Below are positions 34,924-43,294 of a DNA stretch of 64,000 nt, piece after piece (the stretch's first letter is position 1; the number at the start of each line of letters is the position of its first letter). The position numbers and the translations under genes are program-made. The notes beneath the pieces are model-generated. The model had not been told where the DNA came from. It ran no database searches and saw only the letters and a program-made list of their open reading frames with translations. Source of the DNA: Candidatus Micrarchaeia archaeon (GTDB lineage Archaea > Micrarchaeota > Micrarchaeia > Anstonellales > VGKX01); contig JBAZLG010000002.1 in the NCBI GenBank assembly GCA_041650395.1, positions 63,050-127,049 of the forward strand. Direction: 5' to 3'.

Positions 34924-35595
34924 ATGATGAAGATTTCCGAAATAATGAGGAAAAAATACCTCTCCTTTGACGCTAACGACAATTTCTACCACTCTGCGAT
35001 AAAGCTCTTGCGCAAAAAACAGAGGGAGGCGCCCGTAACGAGGGCAGGCAGGCTGGTAGGCGTGTTCTCGGTTTCAGACATAGCAGGCTCGCTTGTGCAC
35101 AAGGACCTTATCGGAAAAGTGGTCAGGGAAGACCTGAAAAAGGCGAGGGCGGAGACTGTCAGGAAACACATGACAAAAAAGACGCTTTACCTTTCAGAGG
35201 ACGCCGACCTGGTGTCCGCGTTCCTGTTCATAACCCACAAGAACCCTGACTCGATACCCGTTGTCGACAGGAAGGGCAACCTGGCAGGCGTGGTGCTTGC
35301 CGCCGACCTCAAGCGCGAGATGCTGAAAACCCTGTCCGAAGGCGCAAGCGCCGGGGAGGAGGAGAAGGCAGTCGCGGACGTAGTCAAGGCGGACGAGAGC
35401 GCGCCTGCGCAGACTGCAATAGACAGGATACTTTTCCACGTGCAGAAAAACGGCTCCGCGCAGGCCGACGAGCTTGCAAAGACATTCAAGATACCAGTAG
35501 AGGAGGTAGAGGAATACGCCGAAAGCCTTGAAAAGCACGGCCTGCTGAAGGTGGAATACAGCCTGCTTGGAAAAATGACCCTGAAAAAGATATGA
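34924..35595 (+). CDS. CBS-pair domain protein with a C-terminal winged-helix-like domain
   Basis: Two CBS-like repeats are visible (GRLVGVFSVSDI and IPVVDRKGNLAGVVLAADL). The C-terminal ~60 aa (IDRILFHVQKNGSAQADELAKTFKIPVEEVEEYAESLEKHGLLKVEY) resemble the N-terminus of the ATPase at 59880-61631. Confidence 0.7.
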   Translation: MMKISEIMRKKYLSFDANDNFYHSAIKLLRKKQREAPVTRAGRLVGVFSVSDIAGSLVHKDLIGKVVREDLKKARAETVRKHMTKKTLYLSEDADLVSAFLFITHKNPDSIPVVDRKGNLAGVVLAADLKREMLKTLSEGASAGEEEKAVADVVKADESAPAQTAIDRILFHVQKNGSAQADELAKTFKIPVEEVEEYAESLEKHGLLKVEYSLLGKMTLKKI

Positions 35596-35617
35596 AAAAG
35601 CGCGGGACACGATTACA

Positions 35618-37108
35618 ATGGCAACAAAAGTTTCCGATAAACCCCTTGAGAGCTACAAGATAGTGGCGGACGGCGTCGAGGCCTCAATCACGATAACCAA
35701 GGAGGCCGGCAGCGTCCCGATTTATTCCGTCAAGGCGCCGCGCCCCGAAAGCGCCACAGCGGCATACCTGGAGACAATCAAGGGCGAGCTCTTGAGAAAC
35801 ATCAGGCTCACGTCGGCGGAAGTGCTCGACATCAAGCTGATGGAGGAGCTCAAAAAGAAGTTCTACGGCCTCGCGGTAAAGCTTGTGAACGAGAGAATAC
35901 CCAACCTGCCGGAAGCCAAGGCCGCAGAGTTCGCAGGCATAATGGTGCAGGACCTGTTGGGCCTTGGCGACATAGAATTCCTTCTCCGCGACGACCTGCT
36001 CGAGGAAATTTGCGTCAACACCGCCCGCGAGCCTGTCTGGGTATACCACAAGAAATACGGCTGGTGCAAAAGCTCCATCAGGATCGACACGGAAGCCAAG
36101 ATATGGGACTACGCGAGCCTCATAGGCAGGCGCGTTGGCAGGCAGATAACTGCCCAGGACCCGCTCCTTGACGCCTTCCTCGCCACTGGCGACAGGGTGA
36201 ATGCGACCCTCGCGCCCATATCGATGTTCGGCAACACGATTACGATCAGGAAATTCGCGAGGAAGCCGTGGACTATAACGGACCTGATACTCTCAAAGAC
36301 CATTTCAGAGGAGGTCGCGGCCTTCATCTGGCTTGCGATGCAATACGAGCTCAACATAGTGGTGTCTGGCGGCACGGGCGCGGGTAAAACGTCCATGCTC
36401 AACGTGCTCTGCTCGTTTCTCCCCCAGAACCAGCGCGTGATTTCAATAGAGCAGACAAGGGAAATCACGCTCCCGTCATACCTGCAATGGGTGCCAATGG
36501 TAGTCAGGCAGGGCGGCAGGGACGGCAGGGGCGACGTCACAATGCTTGACCTGATGGTAAACTCCCTGCGCATGAGGCCCGACAGGATAATAGTCGGCGA
36601 GGTCAGGCGCTCGGAGGAGGCGGAAGTGCTCTTCGAGGCGATGCACACGGGCCACTCCGTCTACGCCACGATGCACGCGGAAACCGTGTTCGAGACCTTC
36701 AAGAGGCTTGTCAGCCCTCCGATTGAACTGCCAGAAGTGGTATTGGAATCCCTCCATTTCGTGCTCGCCATGTACAGGGACAGGAGAAGCGGCATAAGGC
36801 GCGTGTTCGAAATCGGCGAGCTTGTGCCCTCCGAGAGGGGCGGCAATGTCAGGGCGAACATAGTCTACCGCTGGCGCTCCTCGCGCGACAAGATAGAGCA
36901 GCAGAACCCCAGCGTCAGGATGCTTGACACCCTGCGCACCTACACGCGCATGGACGACGACGAGATAAAGGAGTCCATGAAGGAGAGGGCCGCGGTGCTC
37001 TCCTACCTCGCGGCGAAAAAGATAAACGACGTCGACAGCGTGGGCAGGACAATCGTCGACTTCTACGAGGACCATGACGGACTGATGAAAAAGATAGGGT
37101 ATAAGTGA
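35618..37108 (+). CDS. Type IV pilus/secretion ATPase (FlaI/PilB/TadA family)
   Basis: The 496-aa ORF has Walker A (GGTGAGKTS), SIEQTREI, RMRPDRIIVGEVR and EAMHTGHSVYATMHA. Confidence 0.9.
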   Translation: MATKVSDKPLESYKIVADGVEASITITKEAGSVPIYSVKAPRPESATAAYLETIKGELLRNIRLTSAEVLDIKLMEELKKKFYGLAVKLVNERIPNLPEAKAAEFAGIMVQDLLGLGDIEFLLRDDLLEEICVNTAREPVWVYHKKYGWCKSSIRIDTEAKIWDYASLIGRRVGRQITAQDPLLDAFLATGDRVNATLAPISMFGNTITIRKFARKPWTITDLILSKTISEEVAAFIWLAMQYELNIVVSGGTGAGKTSMLNVLCSFLPQNQRVISIEQTREITLPSYLQWVPMVVRQGGRDGRGDVTMLDLMVNSLRMRPDRIIVGEVRRSEEAEVLFEAMHTGHSVYATMHAETVFETFKRLVSPPIELPEVVLESLHFVLAMYRDRRSGIRRVFEIGELVPSERGGNVRANIVYRWRSSRDKIEQQNPSVRMLDTLRTYTRMDDDEIKESMKERAAVLSYLAAKKINDVDSVGRTIVDFYEDHDGLMKKIGYK

Positions 37109-37112
37109 GGCC

Positions 37113-37988
37113 ATGAAAGTCCCGTTTTTGCTCCTCCCGCCAAGGTTCGCAAAGCCCATGTCGAGGCCTTTCGTGGGCATAGGCTCGGCCCTTGCAAAAA
37201 GGTTCAAGTTCATTGAAAAGGAGATTTACAAGACAGACCAGTCGGCAAAGGCAAAGGACTACGCGACCCTGTGCGTGTTCAACGCGTTCGTCTATTTCGC
37301 CCTGGTCGCAATACTCGCGTGGGCGATGCTTCACAGGCTCGAATTCGACAGGGACTGGCTCTGGGCGCTTGTCTCCGGCGCGACTGTCGGCATCATAGTC
37401 TTCATGGTCAGCATGGTATACCCGCGCTGGCTTGCGAACAAGAGGATAGCGTCTATTGACAAGGAACTGCTATTTGCCGCCAGGCACCTGAGGATACAGG
37501 TCACGGCTGGCGTGCCGCTTTTCGAGTCTATCGTGTCCGCCTCGCACGGCTACGGCTCCGTGTCTGACGAATTCGAGAAGGTGGTGACGCAGGTCCAGGC
37601 GGGGATGAACCTCGCGGACGCGCTTGAGGATTCCGCCATGAGGACGCCGTCGTATTATTACAGCAGGATACTCTGGCAGATGGCAAACGGCGTCAAGGCG
37701 GGGACTGAAATCGGCCCGGTGCTCTCGGACATAGTGGAATTCCTCGCGGAGGAGCAGAGGATAGAGGTGAGGAACTACGGCGCGCAGCTCAACACCCTTG
37801 CCATACTCTACCTGATGGTGTGCATCATTGTCCCGACAATCAGCCTGATTTTCCTCATGGTCATATCCTCTTTCGTGGACCTGCCGATAACTGACACGGT
37901 GCTTGGCGGGATACTCGGCGCCATGATATTCATACAATACATGTTCATCGGCCTGATAGAGAGCAGGAGGCCGGCGGTGTCCATATAA
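37113..37988 (+). CDS. Type II secretion system F-domain membrane protein (TadB/FlaJ-like platform subunit 1)
   Basis: The 291-aa ORF is polytopic with a single T2SS-F-like cytoplasmic domain (LLFAARHLRIQVTAGVPLFESI...). It is homologous to 58940-59842. Confidence 0.8.
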   Translation: MKVPFLLLPPRFAKPMSRPFVGIGSALAKRFKFIEKEIYKTDQSAKAKDYATLCVFNAFVYFALVAILAWAMLHRLEFDRDWLWALVSGATVGIIVFMVSMVYPRWLANKRIASIDKELLFAARHLRIQVTAGVPLFESIVSASHGYGSVSDEFEKVVTQVQAGMNLADALEDSAMRTPSYYYSRILWQMANGVKAGTEIGPVLSDIVEFLAEEQRIEVRNYGAQLNTLAILYLMVCIIVPTISLIFLMVISSFVDLPITDTVLGGILGAMIFIQYMFIGLIESRRPAVSI

Positions 37989-38956
37989 TGGCGACAAACC
38001 CGGCGTTCTCCGCACTTTCAAAGTATAAGGCCTACTGGCAGGACATGCTCAAATACAACAACAGGGAGAGCAAGGACTTCCATTACAAGCTGCTTTTCGG
38101 CTCCCTGGCGGCTTCCGCAGCGGCAGCCGCGTTTTTCATCGGCAGGCCGGCAGAAGGCTTCGCAGCCGCCATTGGCGCTTTTGGAGTCGTGCACCTTTTC
38201 GAATACGTCAGCCTTACCCTTGGCGCCAACTCGCGCGCGTCAAAGATAGAGGAGGTGCTTCCCGATTTCCTCTCGCTTGTGGCAAGCAACATCCGCTCGG
38301 GGCTCACGCCGGACAAGGCGCTCATAGTCTCCGCCAGGGACGAGTTCGGCCCGCTCACCGAAGCCATAAACAGCGCGGGCAAGAAAAGCATCACGGGCAT
38401 GCCCCTTGACCAGGTCATGCTTGGCATGCGCGAGAACATCAAGTCACCCATACTCGAGAAGACCATAAACCAGATAGTCGAGGGCATGCACTCCGGAGGC
38501 GACATGGCGGAGCTTCTTGAGAAGACGGCGCTTGACATAAGGAAGTTCAGGTCCGTGAAAAAAGAGGTCAATTCCGTAATACTCAATTACGAGCTTTTCA
38601 TCATTGCCGCGATAACCTTCGGCGCGCCGCTGCTCTACGGGGTTTCAACCTTCCTTGTGGACATCATGATAAGGATAAGGGGGAACATAGACACCAGCAG
38701 CGCGTCTTCCATCGCCGGGGGCGTGAGCATATTCAAGGGCAAGCTGCTTTTGACTGCCGACGGCGTGACGTTCTTTGCAGCGCTTGCCATCATGATAACC
38801 GTCTTTTTCGGCTGCATGGCTGTCGGGATAATGGGTTCTGGCAAGCGCGTGGACGGAATAAAGTATTTCCCCATACTCGCCCTGATAGGCCTTGCCCTTC
38901 TCTTTGGCATAAGGCTTGGGCTCAATGCCATGCTTAGCGGAATAGCAGGGTTCTAG
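37988..38956 (+). CDS. Type II secretion system F-domain membrane protein (TadC/FlaJ-like platform subunit 2)
   Basis: The 322-aa ORF starts in a TAATG overlap with the upstream gene. IEEVLPDFLSLVASNIRSGLTP...GGDMAELLEKTA is homologous to 57886-58926. Confidence 0.8.
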   Translation: MATNPAFSALSKYKAYWQDMLKYNNRESKDFHYKLLFGSLAASAAAAAFFIGRPAEGFAAAIGAFGVVHLFEYVSLTLGANSRASKIEEVLPDFLSLVASNIRSGLTPDKALIVSARDEFGPLTEAINSAGKKSITGMPLDQVMLGMRENIKSPILEKTINQIVEGMHSGGDMAELLEKTALDIRKFRSVKKEVNSVILNYELFIIAAITFGAPLLYGVSTFLVDIMIRIRGNIDTSSASSIAGGVSIFKGKLLLTADGVTFFAALAIMITVFFGCMAVGIMGSGKRVDGIKYFPILALIGLALLFGIRLGLNAMLSGIAGF

Positions 38957-39199
38957 GAAGGGAACAGGATAAAGGCAAGGGAAAGCAAAAGCCTGGCCTG
39001 CGCAAGGCAGGCGCAAAGCGCGGGAAGGGGGGAAGAAAGGCAAAAACATAGCCTGCGCCACGCAGGATGCCGCCTGGCATGAAAGCAGGGTTGGATAGAA
39101 AAAACACATCGGCCGCCATGAATCGCAGCATCAGCGCATGGACTGGGCCGCATATTTGAGAGTTAGAAAAATTATATCATGCCAACATGGATGGAATAA

Positions 39200-39241
39200 A
39201 GTGGAAAAAAGAATAAGAAAAAAGAAGAAGGAAGGATGCCC
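39200..39241 (-). terminator. Oligo-T tracts downstream of the pilin gene
   Basis: The minus strand carries T6-T7 runs (plus-strand A-runs at 39205-39210 and 39217-39223) directly after the stop at 39242. Confidence 0.45.
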
Positions 39242-39700
39242 TTAAGCAACCTTGCCTGTCAGTGTGCCGTCTGTCACATAGGCGAAATTGGACGTCAGGT
39301 CCGTGTAGCCAATCCTCACCTTTGCAGTGTAGCCGGAACCGGTTGTCAAGCCAGTGGAGTTGCCAAGGTCAACCACGAGGTTGTCCGTTGTAGAGCCGCT
39401 TGCAAGTGTAACTGCCGGTGAAAGCGTGCCAGTCGACTGGCCTATTGTGACGTTTAGCGTGTCAAGCCTGATCTGCTGGCCCACCTGGTTTGAAAGCTTC
39501 ATTGTAAGCTGGCCGTTTGAGCCCATCTGCCATCCCGCGACCGCGACGCCTGAAAATCCGCTTGCCTTGTTGCCAACGAAATTGCTGACATCAAATATTC
39601 CAAGCGCGAAAAGCACTGCCGCGATTATCACAACAAGTGCGATTGCCCAGCCGTACGTCATGAGAAAGTCAAGCGCTGCTTGCCCTTTTCTAGAATTCAT
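39242..39700 (-). CDS. Type IV pilin (class III signal peptide), probable major pilin of locus A
   Basis: I prefer the ATG at 39700 (MNSRKGQAALDFLMTYGWAIALVVIIAAVLFALG), with GGTGATC (SD) 3 nt upstream and CTTTATTAAG (TATA-like) about 35 nt upstream. The ORF-track extension to 40027 is implausible. Confidence 0.85.
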   Translation of the reverse strand: MNSRKGQAALDFLMTYGWAIALVVIIAAVLFALGIFDVSNFVGNKASGFSGVAVAGWQMGSNGQLTMKLSNQVGQQIRLDTLNVTIGQSTGTLSPAVTLASGSTTDNLVVDLGNSTGLTTGSGYTAKVRIGYTDLTSNFAYVTDGTLTGKVA

Positions 39701-39896
39701 CTGATCACCTTGAATTTTGCTTTCAATTTTCCCCTTAATAAAGCTTTTGCCCCGTAGAGCGTGCCGGGGCGCGCCAGCCGCGGGCGCGCCATGCGGCAGG
39801 GCAAGACACGCATTTACCCCTGCTGACACAACTTGCCCGCCCAACGGCGCCGGACTTATGCAAGGTTTAAATAGTGAAGGTCTCAAAGCAAAATGC

Positions 39897-40742
39897 ATGG
39901 TACAAAGCATAGAAAGGGTGCCCACAGGCCTGCCCGAATTCGACAAGATGGTAGAAGGCGGCCTGCCCCGCGAAAGCGTAAACCTGGTCTCGGGCGGATG
40001 CGGCACGGGCAAGAGCACGTTCGCCATGCAGTTCCTCTACTACGGCGCAATGTATTGCGAAGAGCCGGGCGTCTACGTTACCCTCGAGGAAGAGCCTGAA
40101 AAGCTTGTCAGGAACATGGCTCTTTTCGGCTGGGACATTGAAAAGCTCATAACGGACAAGAAGCTCACGGTCATAAAGCCCGAAGTGTACAAGTTCGATT
40201 CCATAAAGCAGATAATAAGCGACGCCATAGACAGGGTCGGCGCCAAGAGGCTTGTTGTGGACTCCTACTCCGTGCTTCTCACCTACTTCTCCGACCCGTA
40301 CGAAATCCGAAACGGCCTTGTCCAGCTGGACAGGGAAATCAAGAAAATGGGCTGCACTGCGCTTATCATATCCGACATAAAGGACAAGTCGGAGATATTC
40401 TCCACAACGGGTGTCGAGGAGTTCATAGTCGACGGCGTCATAGTATTGCACATGCTAAAGGACAAGGGCAGGCCATACGAATACAGGCGCGCCATATCCG
40501 TGCGCAAAATGAGGGCCACCAAGCACCCGCTGACATATTACCCGTTCGGCATAACCGAGAAGGGCGTGTCAGTCAAGGGCAAGGGCATGTCTGGCATGGG
40601 TTCCGGCACAGGGACCGGCACTGGCGGCGGCGCCCCGGTGAAGAGGCAGAAGGCGAAGAAGGAGGAGCCAAAGGAGGACATAATAGACCTCGGGGAACTC
40701 AAGGCCAAAGGCAGCCACTCATGGAAATGGAAACATCTTTGA
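39897..40742 (+). CDS. KaiC/RecA-superfamily ATPase (single domain, FlaH/ArlH-like)
   Basis: I prefer the ATG at 39897 (MVQSIERVPTGLPEFDKMVEGGLPRESVNLVSGGCGTGKSTFAMQF). It has a Walker A motif, a Walker B-like LVVDS, and a Gly/Lys-rich tail. Confidence 0.8.
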   Translation: MVQSIERVPTGLPEFDKMVEGGLPRESVNLVSGGCGTGKSTFAMQFLYYGAMYCEEPGVYVTLEEEPEKLVRNMALFGWDIEKLITDKKLTVIKPEVYKFDSIKQIISDAIDRVGAKRLVVDSYSVLLTYFSDPYEIRNGLVQLDREIKKMGCTALIISDIKDKSEIFSTTGVEEFIVDGVIVLHMLKDKGRPYEYRRAISVRKMRATKHPLTYYPFGITEKGVSVKGKGMSGMGSGTGTGTGGGAPVKRQKAKKEEPKEDIIDLGELKAKGSHSWKWKHL

Positions 40743-40749
40743 AGGTTGA

Positions 40750-43155
40750 ATGCCGCAGGGGTGTTGGAACTTGAAGGCGCAGGCATCGCTTGAACAGCTC
40801 GTGGTCATCGGCGCGGCGCTGGCATTCATCGCAATCGCATTCTACATAGCAGCAAGCATGTCGGCGGAGAGCATCAAGCTCGCGCAGGCGCAGGATTCGG
40901 TCGAGCGCCTCGCCTCCGCGGCGGATTACGTTTATTCCATAGGGCCCAACACGAAGGAATACGTGACAGTTTTCCTCCCTGCCGGGATAATCTCGACCAA
41001 CACAACGGGGAAGAGGGTCTTGATCAGCCTTTCGACCACCGCGGGCAGCACGGACGTTTACGAGAACACCAGGGCAGACCTGACAGGCACGCTTGAGCCA
41101 AAGCCAGGCAGGCAGAAAGTGCTTGTCGAATACCTGCCGACAGGGAAGGTAAGGCTTGGCGAGGCGGGGCTGACATGTTACCCGAGCTACATAGTTAAGC
41201 AGCTCAATGCAGGCGACACCGCGCAGGACGCCCTCGCATTCTCAAACAACGCGGAATTCAACGTGACCGGGATAAGCTTCAATTACACGGGCTCGGCAAA
41301 GGATTTCACCACCCTCGGCTTAGTGCCAGGCTCGCTTCTGGCAGGCGAATCCGCCAATTCCACGCTCTCATACGACATACCGGCCCAGACGCAAAGCGGC
41401 GTGTACGGCGGGGTCATATCGCTCGATTCCGCGAACGGCGGCTCGTGCACGATACAGGTGTCCCTGAAAGTCAATGGCGTGCCCACGTGCGCCGGCCTTT
41501 GCGCAAACGGCGGCTATGCCACAGGCACGTGCAGGGCGTCCCCGTCCCAATGCGTTGCAAATGGCGAGGACTATTCAAGCCCCGGCGACATCGGATGCGC
41601 TGGCGGCTCGCCAAGCTGCTGCTGCGGGCCGACCCAGGACTTTTTCGGGCCGATTGTGACAAGCATATACCACACTCCGGAAAACGCCAGCACCGCGGAC
41701 AATGTCAGCATATATGCCACTTGCAACGACTCGGAGACCGGCGGGCTGTACATCAGCTCTTCCATGCTGCAGGTAGACGGCGGCGCGTGGATAAGCATGA
41801 ACGCGACGGACGGGACGTTCTCGGACTCGGTGATCGAAAGCTCCAGCGCGTTTGTCGGGATGCTTGCGGCCGGGCAGCACATCGCCATAGTCAAGTGCGC
41901 CGACACTGCGAACAACACCGGGCCACTCGGATATTACTATTTCAACGTGTCCCTCGCGGACGTATACGGGCCGATAATAACGAAACTCAACCATACAGAA
42001 AGCGCGCCCACGACCCTTGTCAACCTGACCGAGGACGCGACGGCAACGGACTATTTCACTGGAAACAACGACATAACCGCTTGCTACATGAAGCTTAGAA
42101 GCCCAGGGGGGGTAGAGACTGCTTGGCTTCCAATCCCCGCGTCGGACGGCGCCTATGACTCGCCAACGGAGGACTTCTCGCACGATTTCGGGCAGCTCTC
42201 CTCCGGCATACATACCATAAGCGCCTACTGCACGGACTCCAAGGGGAACAACGGCGGCCAGTTCAACGACACCTTCGGCGTCGTGACCGTGGACATGATG
42301 CTGATAATAGACAGGTCGGGCTCAATGGCATGGCCCATAACAAACTACACGGACGGCAGCCTGGATTCGACAAAGAACACCGACCTGACCCTCGTCAAGA
42401 GCCTCGTAGTCGGGACCAAAAACGGCGACCTTGCCAACGTGTCCATAGAAACCAGGACAGACACCTCCGGCTGCAGCGCGCTCTACGAGGCGCGCATTGG
42501 CTCGAACGTGATAGCAAGCGGGAACAGGACGTCGACTTCCTATGGCTACAACTATTTCTATAATATCAACATTTCCGCGTACAGCCCGCCATACACTGTG
42601 GATTTCTACCTTGCAAAGTATCCCAATGGCGGCTGCACGGCATACATGCGCGGCGTCGGTGTGACGCAGATGCCCGACAAGATGCAAAGCGCCCAGGACG
42701 CGGCGGATTATTTCGTTGACATTGTGAGCAACACGTCAAAGGTCGGGCTGGTGTCCTACTCGTCAAGCGGGACAACTGACATGCAGCTTGCGGACATGAG
42801 TTCCATCGCGAACAAGAATTCCCTGAAAAGCGCGATAAACGCGCTTTACGCCAGCGGCGGCACGTGCATAGAATGCGGGCTTGACAACGCGGTCACGGAA
42901 CTGATATCTTCAAGGGGGAGAAGCGACTCCGTAAGGGTGGCAATACTTCTCACGGACGGCGTGAGCAATTACGGCAATTCTGTCGACGGCGCGGTCTACG
43001 CCAGGAACAACAACGTTACAGTATATACCATAGGGCTTGGAAACGACGTGGACGACACGGAACTCACAAACATAGCGCTTCTGACAAACGGCAAGTATTA
43101 CAAGGCCCCCGACGCGGCGACGCTTTTGCAGATATACAGCAACATAGGGCAGTAG
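40750..43155 (+). CDS. Pilin-signal protein with a Cys-rich region and a C-terminal von Willebrand factor A domain (putative pilus adhesin)
   Basis: The N-terminus NLKAQASLEQLVVIGAALAFIAIAFYIAAS is class III signal-like. The vWA MIDAS motif is MLIIDRSGSM, with LLTDGVSNYG and VYTIGLGNDVD. A Cys cluster reads CAGLCANGG...GSPSCCCG. Confidence 0.8.
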   Translation: MPQGCWNLKAQASLEQLVVIGAALAFIAIAFYIAASMSAESIKLAQAQDSVERLASAADYVYSIGPNTKEYVTVFLPAGIISTNTTGKRVLISLSTTAGSTDVYENTRADLTGTLEPKPGRQKVLVEYLPTGKVRLGEAGLTCYPSYIVKQLNAGDTAQDALAFSNNAEFNVTGISFNYTGSAKDFTTLGLVPGSLLAGESANSTLSYDIPAQTQSGVYGGVISLDSANGGSCTIQVSLKVNGVPTCAGLCANGGYATGTCRASPSQCVANGEDYSSPGDIGCAGGSPSCCCGPTQDFFGPIVTSIYHTPENASTADNVSIYATCNDSETGGLYISSSMLQVDGGAWISMNATDGTFSDSVIESSSAFVGMLAAGQHIAIVKCADTANNTGPLGYYYFNVSLADVYGPIITKLNHTESAPTTLVNLTEDATATDYFTGNNDITACYMKLRSPGGVETAWLPIPASDGAYDSPTEDFSHDFGQLSSGIHTISAYCTDSKGNNGGQFNDTFGVVTVDMMLIIDRSGSMAWPITNYTDGSLDSTKNTDLTLVKSLVVGTKNGDLANVSIETRTDTSGCSALYEARIGSNVIASGNRTSTSYGYNYFYNINISAYSPPYTVDFYLAKYPNGGCTAYMRGVGVTQMPDKMQSAQDAADYFVDIVSNTSKVGLVSYSSSGTTDMQLADMSSIANKNSLKSAINALYASGGTCIECGLDNAVTELISSRGRSDSVRVAILLTDGVSNYGNSVDGAVYARNNNVTVYTIGLGNDVDDTELTNIALLTNGKYYKAPDAATLLQIYSNIGQ

Positions 43156-43163
43156 GAAAAAAA

Positions 43164-43180
43164 TCGCCGAGGAGGAGATT
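43164..43180. repeat. 17-nt direct duplicate of the tRNA-Ser 3' end
   Basis: TCGCCGAGGAGGAGATT occurs at 43164-43180 and at 43294-43310; the latter is the tRNA-Ser T-arm/acceptor 3' end read on the plus strand. Confidence 0.9.
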
Positions 43181-43213
43181 GAGCAGGCAGAATGCCTGCG
43201 AGAGATTTAGGCA

Positions 43214-43281
43214 GAATTTATATGCACGGGGGGGGTAGAGGGAAATCAAGGAAAAACCGTTAGGGGGGTGAAACCCCCCTA
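43214..43281 (-). repeat. Diverged, inverted copy of the 46-bp repeat unit seen at 12581-12730
   Basis: The minus strand reads AGGGGGGTTTCACCCCCCT, then a ~22-nt insert, then CTCTACCCCCCCCGTGCATATAAAT. The repeat unit reads AGAGGGGGCTTTGCCCCCCTCTACCCCCCCGTATTTATC. Confidence 0.6.
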
Positions 43282-43294
43282 TGAGGTTTGTCTT

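Noticed and set aside
32780-43155. Calling the ATPase/platform/KaiC-like cluster an archaellum (fla/arl) operon
   Set aside because: I found no archaellin-type N-terminus with its conserved domain and no FlaF/FlaG/FlaX/FlaCDE candidates. The platform is split into two genes as in Epd/Tad pili, and the pilins carry adhesive-pilus-type signals. I describe it as a type IV pilus-like locus instead.
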